From IMG/VR virus record IMGVR_UViG_3300006204_000001: a stretch of 64,000 nt of DNA; one strand, written 5' to 3'. Within the stretch, counting starts at the first letter, position 1. Each line of letters starts with the position of its first letter. The translations under genes and the position numbers were made by a program. Under the pieces are notes generated by a model. The model ran no database searches. It saw only the letters and a list, made by a program, of their open reading frames with translations, and had not been told where the DNA came from. Origin of the DNA: a virus. Its lineage: Duplodnaviria; Heunggongvirae; Uroviricota; Caudoviricetes. Positions 57,029 through 64,000 of this stretch are shown here, in pieces.

Positions 57029-57478
57029 ATGGATAATACTATTATTGGTTATGATACAACATTTGAATTGAACGAATTTAATCAACCAAGGATACGTAGT
57101 GAAATAGAAACAGTAAAAAATACTATTCTTTTTATTTTATTTGCAAAACCTGGATCATATCCATCTATACCCTATTTAGGTATGGATATACAAAATACTC
57201 TATATTCTTTTTATGATGAATTAGATACATCTAAGATGGAAGATGATTTAATTCAACAATGTGAAGCATTACAAGTATTTTTTAATAAAGGAGATATAGG
57301 AATAAAGAAAGTAAAATATAAAGGAAAAATACCTTCATTACTTATTCATATAGAAGGTGAAGAAACATATCCTGAAGGTTATATGAAGAATCCAATAAAT
57401 AATATTAATCGTTATTTAATAGGATTAACTTATAATGAACTAAATGAAATGTTAGTGAATATTAATAGTGAAATATAA
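57029..57478 (+). CDS. baseplate wedge protein, gp25/GPW-like
   Basis: VKNTILFILFAKPGSYPSIPYLGMDI resembles the GPW/gp25 core (I..I..IL.T..GER...P.FG); RBS AATGAGGTGATT. Confidence 0.5.
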   Translation: MDNTIIGYDTTFELNEFNQPRIRSEIETVKNTILFILFAKPGSYPSIPYLGMDIQNTLYSFYDELDTSKMEDDLIQQCEALQVFFNKGDIGIKKVKYKGKIPSLLIHIEGEETYPEGYMKNPINNINRYLIGLTYNELNEMLVNINSEI

Positions 57479-57493
57479 AGGAGGTTAATTAAT

Positions 57494-58216
57494 TTGGTTA
57501 CTAATAGAAAATATATAGAAAAGTTAATATATGATACATATGATGCATTAGATCCATCTGGTACTAATACTCAAAAATATAGATCTATATTAGAAAATTT
57601 ATCTGATAAAGAATTTGAAAAGTTTTTTAAAGATTTTTTAAAAGACGAACATGAAAACTTTGTGTTAGATATTGTAGAGTTAGAAAGACCAATAAAAATG
57701 GAATATTGTCAAAAAGCAGCTAAAGTTGTTGGTATACCATTAATGGAATATGTATATATGCCACATCTTACTATGGATAAATCTAATGTAATAGTATCAA
57801 AAGAAAAATGTCTTGTAGGATTTATGAATATTAAAAGACCACAACAAATGGTTTATAAAAAGAATTCATTATCCATATCAGATGAAAAACGTTCGGCTAC
57901 TACTGGTCAGGTTGTAGCTAAAGATAAAAATGCACGTGATAGTGATATTGAAGCTTCATTGTTAGTATCTTTAGGAGCAAATAAAATACTAGCTGAGTTT
58001 CATGGACCAAGAGCTGATGATATTATAATGAAACGACAAATGAATCAAAGTATAAAGAATAAGGGATATGTAATATTAGATGAATTAGAGAATCTTCCTA
58101 CTAACAAGGTTACTCTTAATACTGTAAATACATATTTATTATCTATGATGCTTAAGTCAGATCTTGTATCAGATACATATATTTTACCTAAAACATCTGA
58201 AGAATTATTTACTTAA
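57494..58216 (+). CDS. hypothetical protein (structural-module neighbour)
   Basis: 240-aa ORF, RBS AAAGGAGGTT. Confidence 0.45.
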   Translation: MVTNRKYIEKLIYDTYDALDPSGTNTQKYRSILENLSDKEFEKFFKDFLKDEHENFVLDIVELERPIKMEYCQKAAKVVGIPLMEYVYMPHLTMDKSNVIVSKEKCLVGFMNIKRPQQMVYKKNSLSISDEKRSATTGQVVAKDKNARDSDIEASLLVSLGANKILAEFHGPRADDIIMKRQMNQSIKNKGYVILDELENLPTNKVTLNTVNTYLLSMMLKSDLVSDTYILPKTSEELFT

Positions 58217-58297
58217 TATATTTTATTTCTAATACTATATTATTAAGCTTACAATAGCGGGATAATACAAATAATATTTAAAAAGGAGATGACAAAA

Positions 58298-58795
58298 ATG
58301 GCAAGTTTAAGAATTCAGGTTCTTGGAACAGGATTAATTCCTAGAGGTTTAGGATTAGCTCCTAGAAAAGAGCCATTCCCTGCAGATTTTACATTAATTG
58401 GAACTATAATGGCTACAAATGGATTGAAGATTAATTTCTTGAATCCTACAACAAATAAGTTTGTTGAGCTTACAAATAAAAATGTAAAACAAATGTGGGA
58501 TAAATATTCTGATTATGATTTTACAGGATCAAATAATGTGCCTGTAAAAGAAACAGTAAAGAAACCTGTTGTAGAAAAAACTACAACGCCTCCAGTTGTA
58601 CCTGTTTCCAATGATTCTAATACTATAGAGAAAGAGAAAGAGGAAGATAAACCTGTTGTAGAGGAAGAGTCAGTTATTAAAATAGAAACTTCTGATGATA
58701 ATACAGAATCTAAAGAATCTGATACCCAGGTAAATAATAATTCAATGAAACCATCATTCAATAATGGTAATAACAAGAAAAAGAATCATAGATAA
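58298..58795 (+). CDS. hypothetical protein with Pro/Thr/Glu-rich linker
   Basis: ORF from MASLRIQ (RBS AAAAGGAGATG); KPVVEKTTTPPVVPV..EKEKEEDKPVVEEE linker. Confidence 0.45.
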   Translation: MASLRIQVLGTGLIPRGLGLAPRKEPFPADFTLIGTIMATNGLKINFLNPTTNKFVELTNKNVKQMWDKYSDYDFTGSNNVPVKETVKKPVVEKTTTPPVVPVSNDSNTIEKEKEEDKPVVEEESVIKIETSDDNTESKESDTQVNNNSMKPSFNNGNNKKKNHR

Positions 58796-58799
58796 TATA

Positions 58800-58836
58800 A
58801 TGAAGAGGACATAATGTCCTCTTCATTTATTTTTAT
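58800..58836 (+). terminator. terminator TGAAGAGGACATAATGTCCTCTTCATTTATTTTTATTTT
   Basis: 12-bp stem + T-run. Confidence 0.65.
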
Positions 58837-58915
58837 TTTAATGATATATTTTTTAAATGTATATAGAACAATCTATACATAAAATAAATCAAAAAATGGA
58901 GGTATAAAGAATATT

Positions 58916-61069
58916 ATGTCAGATAACGCCTATGAAGAGCTTGAAGTCTACGATTTACCTACTATACGTACAATCGAAGATTGTGAACGTGAATTTCCTG
59001 ATGTCATAATTATTTCAAGGTATGATACATATGAAAAATTTGATGAATTGTATTATAAGGTTTACTACGCATTATGCGCATGTATAGAAATAAAGGAATG
59101 CGCAGGATATCCTATAAAATTCAAATTTTATCCAGATGAAGATCATATTTATAGTTTATCTATGGCTAAATTCTTATTGAATTTAAATGCATGGAGACCA
59201 TTAATAGAATTGCATAGTCTTAGTGATTATTATAAAAGACAGATAGAAGTTCTTGATGAAAGTTTCATAGTTGGTACAATGATGTCTGATTCAATGAGAA
59301 TGGGTTTAGAATCAAAAGTATTAAAAGTATTAAATGATTATGGAATTGATTTTAGTAGAACTTCTATATTGTTAAAAACAGTTATTGAGAGATATCAAGA
59401 AGCATCTATCGAGTTTGCTCTTACACGAGGTAGTAGTGTTCTAACATATGAAAGTATATTTCTTAATGACTATAGGACATCAGAAAAAATTAGAGAATTA
59501 AATAACTTAAAAATACCACAAAGTTTACAGACATCAGAAGTAGAAGATGTATTACGTGAAAAGACTAATGAACTTATTACAGAACTAGGTAGAACAAAGA
59601 ATCCTATATGGTATATAAGTAAAGCTGGTAATCACATAAAACAAAAACAGGTACAGGAATTATATATTTCATATGGTCAGATTCCAGATGTATCAGGTAA
59701 TGTTATTCCTTATACAATGCAAGGTAATGGTTTTTCTACTGGCTATCTTGATCCTGCTACATATTATATTGCTGCAACTGGATCTAGATTATCAGCTATT
59801 ATGAATAAAGCACATATGGGTGAAGCAGGTTATTTATCACGTAATTTGATATTAGCTAGTAGAACTATGACATTATCTAGAACTATGTATGATTGTGGAA
59901 CAAAACATATGTTACATTTAAAAGTAACTGATAGTACATTCTTACATAGATTAGAGAATAAATGGTATTGTGAGCATTTAGGTCAGCCTTTAAGATTAAT
60001 TCATTATGCAGATTGTAAACATCTTATAGGTAAAACTATATGGGTACGATCACTAATAACATGTGCTGGTGGAAATGAAGTATGTCATGTATGTTATGGT
60101 AATGATAGTAATCTTGTTATGAATATGCCAGGTATGGCTATATTTAATACAGAGGTGTACTCGGAGCCTGTTGGACAAAATATTCTATCTACAAAACATT
60201 TATTATTTACAGCTGCTAATAAAATTGTATTCAGTAATTCTTTCAATAAATATTTTAAATATGATTCTGGTGATATATATATGAAAGAAAAAGATGAATG
60301 GGATTTAAATATATCTGCAGAAAATTTTACTATAAGAATAGAAATAGAAAATGTAATTCCTATCAATAAACAAGACTTAGCAGAATATAATACATTTGGT
60401 AATCATATTGAATCACCTTTCTATATTTATAATAAGAAAGATAATACATATGATAAAATTGAGATTATAAATTATGAATCCATGTTTATTGATGCAACAT
60501 CTATGAAGAGTTTCAAAATAATTACTGATAAAAAGAATAATAAACAATATTATGAAATTCCGTTAGATGTTTTATCATCTGATCTTGAAGGTAGATTATT
60601 GTCCATTGATATTAAGAATAATGGATTAACAGATAATCTTTATATGATCATGAATATTCTTAATAAAAATGCAAATAAATATGAAACCTATGATCAATTA
60701 GCACAGGAATTCTTTGAAATACTTATTAATTCAGGAATTAGGTGCAGGCATGTGCAAGCAGAAGTTATTCTTAATAGACTTATTAGAGATGCTAATAATC
60801 TTTATAATAGACCTGACTTCTCACAATTCAAACAACCTGAATACAAGATACTTACATTGAATCAAGCTTTATTAAATACTAAAGCTCCTACTATAGGATT
60901 TTCATATCAAGAAGTTAAAAGACAAATTTTATCAGATGCATTATATGAAGATAAAGATGGATCATCATTCTTGGATCCTTTATATGCAGATAAAATTAGT
61001 ACGGATCATTTAAGAGAGTTAGTACAAAAGATAAGTGAAAGGAGAAAAATGAGACATGCAACAGCCTAA
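58916..61069 (+). CDS. multisubunit RNA polymerase beta' subunit, C-terminal fragment
   Basis: [22 protein letters not shown] ~ RpoC [49 protein letters not shown] ~ [42 protein letters not shown] ~ [37 protein letters not shown]. Confidence 0.8.
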   Translation: [717 protein letters not shown]

Positions 61070-61547
61070 ATGTAATTATGAAAATGCAATTAATGCATTG
61101 AATGAAATGAATCAAAGTATCGAAAAGCAAATGAAGGAATCAGAAGATGTAAAAAATGGTACTATGACATTAGATGAAAAACTCGATCAAGAAGGTTATA
61201 CTTTATTTAAAATGATAACCGAAGATATCGAAAAAATGATGAATGAAAAAGTAGTACAAGATGTATTTGAAATTATTAAAAATTCTACTGATAAACAAAT
61301 GGCAGATGCTGTTTGTAGTTTAATGATGACATTAATGGCATTTTCTTCTCATGATGCAGTTAGTAGATATGATGAGATGATTACAGAAAAATTAAATCAT
61401 CAATTTGATATCATTAATAACAATATGTTGATGTTGAAGAGTTCTATAGAAGCTCATGATGCAGTATTAAAAGTACAGAAGAAAAAGATTGATGATCTTG
61501 AAATGAAATCAAAGAAAATTCCTGAAAGTAAATTCTTTAATAATTAA
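61056..61547 (+). CDS. hypothetical coiled-coil protein
   Basis: 163-aa ORF overlapping end of RNAP gene by 14 nt. Confidence 0.45.
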   Translation: MQQPKCNYENAINALNEMNQSIEKQMKESEDVKNGTMTLDEKLDQEGYTLFKMITEDIEKMMNEKVVQDVFEIIKNSTDKQMADAVCSLMMTLMAFSSHDAVSRYDEMITEKLNHQFDIINNNMLMLKSSIEAHDAVLKVQKKKIDDLEMKSKKIPESKFFNN

Positions 61548-61549
61548 TT

Positions 61550-61586
61550 TAGGAAGGGGATTAATCCCCTTCCTATTATTTTTTAT
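61550..61586 (+). terminator. terminator AGGAAGGGGATTAATCCCCTTCCTATTATTTTTT
   Basis: hairpin + T-run. Confidence 0.65.
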
Positions 61587-61619
61587 GATATATTCTCTAT
61601 ATAGAAAGGAGATGGATAT

Positions 61620-62336
61620 ATGGGTTATAATCCAAAAAAATCTGTATGGTTAAATCCTGATATAGAATACATATTTGGTGATGAAATTATTGAATATGAT
61701 ATCAGAGATGCAGGGTTTAATTTGATACGACAATATAAATTATTACCTGAAGAAAAAATAAAAGAATTATTATATATGGAAAAAATGGAAAGGCATATTA
61801 CTATAGGTAAGATACAAGGAGCAGATAAAGATTTTTCTGATGTATTGATGAATAAATTTGCAGAAATCAGATCTATATTTATTAATACAAATAAAATCCG
61901 TGATAATGATATTATTAGTGTTAAAAAAGATGCTCTATTTATTATCGGTGAACAACAACGAACAAAATTTGGAATGGTTGAGTTTCGAGATAAGAATAGA
62001 TATTCTTCATATATTAGATTTCCAAATATAAGAGATTTAGAAATTTATTATGGAGAAGATAATTTTGATATAAAAGGTATGGGTGATTCTGCAATATCAA
62101 GGCATAGACTTTATATGATAGAATTTTTAAGAAATATAATTTCTATGTTGGAAAATAGTGATATTCGAATTAAGAGATATTTAAAAAAGTTTATTGATAA
62201 TTATAAATTCCATAATCTGGATGAAGAATATTATTTAGAATTTAATAGTAAATCTACAGATATCAATTATTTATTTAATTATCAAAATATAATATTACCG
62301 ATAACCCAAATTGTTATAAAACTTATAGGTGAATAA
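61620..62336 (+). CDS. hypothetical protein
   Basis: 238-aa ORF, RBS AAAGGAGATGG. Confidence 0.45.
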   Translation: MGYNPKKSVWLNPDIEYIFGDEIIEYDIRDAGFNLIRQYKLLPEEKIKELLYMEKMERHITIGKIQGADKDFSDVLMNKFAEIRSIFINTNKIRDNDIISVKKDALFIIGEQQRTKFGMVEFRDKNRYSSYIRFPNIRDLEIYYGEDNFDIKGMGDSAISRHRLYMIEFLRNIISMLENSDIRIKRYLKKFIDNYKFHNLDEEYYLEFNSKSTDINYLFNYQNIILPITQIVIKLIGE

Positions 62337-62337
62337 T

Positions 62338-63009
62338 ATGGATAAATATTATTTAGTATATCGTATATATACTAAAAAAGAGAGGCCTAATGTAAAAGAT
62401 AGATCTATATTTTATGGATGGTCAAAAAATAAATCTATAATAAATGCATTTATGAATCAACGAACAAAATCGAAATATATGAGTATAAAACTATATAGTG
62501 ATGACCCAAGATTAGAAAATATGAGGTCAGATTATATAGATGAACATCATATGATTGATTTTGTTATATTACATTCATCAGCAGATCCTTTAATAAATAT
62601 AAAATTCTTTACTACTACAAATGAAATGATGAATACGGAAATACAGATTCAAAGATTATTTCATGAAAGTAGTTCATTAAGTAATATTGATCCTGATGAG
62701 ATAAGTGTATACGTAAATATGATGTTGAATTTAAAGGATAAATATTTTGATGCATTAGATTTTATAGGTTTTAGACCACAAGAGATAGATCAATTATATG
62801 ATTCATCAGATGAAAAAGATAACTTTAATAATTTAGAGGATATAGAAAATCAGATTACAGAAGCATATGAAGATTCAATGTATCAATGTAGCGAAGGTAT
62901 AATAAAAGGATATAGAGAACCTTTTGGTAGTAATGTAATAGATGATATAGCTAGTAAAGTTATTTATTCAATAGAATCTTTTGTTAAAGTATTAAAAGAT
63001 GATTTATAA
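62338..63009 (+). CDS. hypothetical protein, paralog of 63021..63557
   Basis: GWSKNKSIINAFMNQRTK ~ AWTDSKNMLDQYLSFHKC; start at ATG after AGGTGA. Confidence 0.45.
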   Translation: MDKYYLVYRIYTKKERPNVKDRSIFYGWSKNKSIINAFMNQRTKSKYMSIKLYSDDPRLENMRSDYIDEHHMIDFVILHSSADPLINIKFFTTTNEMMNTEIQIQRLFHESSSLSNIDPDEISVYVNMMLNLKDKYFDALDFIGFRPQEIDQLYDSSDEKDNFNNLEDIENQITEAYEDSMYQCSEGIIKGYREPFGSNVIDDIASKVIYSIESFVKVLKDDL

Positions 63010-63020
63010 GGAGAATTGCC

Positions 63021-63557
63021 ATGAAAAAATATGAACCTGGAGATGAAGCAACATTTTATTTCATTTCCATAAAAGATGATGAATTATCAGAAAGAAGAAT
63101 ACATGCATGGACTGATAGCAAAAATATGTTAGATCAATATTTATCTTTTCATAAATGTAATAATATGAAGAAACATATTATTACTAAACGAATTGAAGAG
63201 ATAATGAAATTTGTTGAAGAAAATCTACATGATGAAATTGAAGTCTATAATATTAGATATAAAGATCCTGATAAAAAGAGAAAATGTAAAACAATAACTA
63301 TACCGGCAACTGGTACAGAGATGCAATTTGTATCAGAAGAATGTAATACATTTATGTCATCGGTAATTAATTATAATTATTTGCAATCTGCAATGCCATA
63401 TTTAAAAAATAAATATCAAAAAGCATTAAATATGATATTAACTCATGAAGTATCAAGATCAATATGTGGTGGAAAAACTTCTGAGAGATTACAAGAAATA
63501 GAAATGGATCAATTATTAGTATTTATTAAGTTACTACCTGATTTATTTGGTAAATAA
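63021..63557 (+). CDS. hypothetical protein, paralog of 62338..63009
   Basis: 178-aa ORF, RBS AAGGAGAAT. Confidence 0.45.
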   Translation: MKKYEPGDEATFYFISIKDDELSERRIHAWTDSKNMLDQYLSFHKCNNMKKHIITKRIEEIMKFVEENLHDEIEVYNIRYKDPDKKRKCKTITIPATGTEMQFVSEECNTFMSSVINYNYLQSAMPYLKNKYQKALNMILTHEVSRSICGGKTSERLQEIEMDQLLVFIKLLPDLFGK

Positions 63558-63601
63558 TAATTATATATTCTTATTATAGATAAGAAGGGAGGTTTATATA
63601 C

Positions 63602-64000
63602 ATGAGGAAAATTCTTAGATCATTAATATTAGAAAAATTTCCTTTAGATCTAAGAGTAAAATTAGATTTATTGTCTAGACGTAGAGATATTACAAATGAA
63701 GAAAAACATGATGAGTTATTAAATATTCTCAAAAATAGTGATGTCAAAATTGATAGACAATTAGGACCTGGAACTAATCGATATGCTGTAAATATTAATG
63801 GTTTCGTTGTTAAATTTGCTACTGATCATGATGGAAAAATTGATAATATGAAAGAATTTAAAATGGCAAAAAGATTATTTCCATATGTATCAAAGACATA
63901 TGATGTTAGTCAAAATGGAGTATTATTAGTAGCAGAATATATTCCGCCATTTATAAGCTTTACTGAAATGTTACAATATGCAGATCAGATAAGGGAAATT
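63602..64000 (+). CDS. hypothetical protein (3' truncated by window edge)
   Basis: ORF MRKILRSLILEKF.. with RBS AAGGGAGGTTT runs to window end. Confidence 0.4.
   Translation, partial: MRKILRSLILEKFPLDLRVKLDLLSRRRDITNEEKHDELLNILKNSDVKIDRQLGPGTNRYAVNINGFVVKFATDHDGKIDNMKEFKMAKRLFPYVSKTYDVSQNGVLLVAEYIPPFISFTEMLQYADQIREI

Noticed and set aside
1-64000. crAss-like phage identity (AT-rich, giant ORFs, similar terminators)
   Set aside because: The beta' fragments align with canonical bacterial RpoC rather than the divergent single-chain crAss RNAP. Strict Shine-Dalgarno usage argues against a Bacteroidetes host. A tubulin homolog and gp25-like baseplate fit a phiKZ/AR9-type myovirus better.
1-64000. 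Alternative genetic code (stop-codon reassignment as in some AT-rich gut megaphages)
   Set aside because: Long ORFs are intact under the standard code. TAG is used as a terminal stop (for example 6955-6957, 22746-22748) and read-through adds only a few codons.
1-64000. CRISPR arrays, tRNA or rRNA genes
   Set aside because: No spaced direct-repeat arrays. The only GC-rich islands (896-1205, 24045-24185) lack tRNA T-loop or cloverleaf features by eye. A tool-based scan is still advisable.

Overview
Extremely AT-rich (roughly 25-30% GC by eye), densely coding 64 kb window that reads as part of a large (jumbo) virulent phage genome. Nearly every gene has an AGGAGG-type ribosome-binding site, and there is a recurrent family of bidirectional hairpin terminators (AAAGGGNG..loop..CNCCCTTTATTTTTT). 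Diagnostic content:
- Two fragments of a split multisubunit RNA polymerase beta' subunit: an N-terminal piece at 1206..2681(-) and a C-terminal piece at 58916..61069(+). Both are recognisable by direct similarity to bacterial RpoC. This is the phiKZ/AR9-like 'msRNAP jumbo phage' hallmark.
- A tubulin/FtsZ-family GTPase (PhuZ/TubZ-like).
- A gp25/GPW-like baseplate wedge protein, an HxH-repeat fibre-like protein, and two giant ORFs of 2738 aa (-) and 2790 aa (+). The 2790-aa ORF is tape-measure-like and carries M23 and NlpC/P60-like peptidoglycan hydrolase domains.
- Replication genes: a DnaG-type primase, an SF2 helicase, a family-B DNA polymerase fragment (exonuclease plus motif A only), and a type II topoisomerase (GyrB/T4 gp39-like).
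- Mobile elements: a GIY-YIG homing endonuclease; an HNH homing endonuclease inside an apparent group I intron that splits the topoisomerase gene (exon junction restores DADVDG, and a P1 pairing is visible); and an intein-like Hint insertion placed exactly in the Walker-A P-loop of a BCS1-like AAA+ ATPase.
- Other notable items: a pair of paralogous proteins that fuse a sigma-70 region-4-like HTH with an RNAP alpha-CTD-like domain; an SPFH/band-7 gene broken by a frameshift; a tubulin-AAA+-SPFH neighbourhood; a pair of tandem paralogs; lysine-rich and acid/base block proteins; a palindrome-rich regulatory region (28-bp perfect palindrome plus four TTTACGYMAA repeats); and an unusually GC-rich, non-coding convergent spacer that may encode a structured RNA.
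No tRNA, rRNA or CRISPR array was recognised. Standard genetic code; TAG is used as a stop. The SD usage and AT content suggest a low-GC Gram-positive (Bacillus/Clostridium-type) host, but this is inference.
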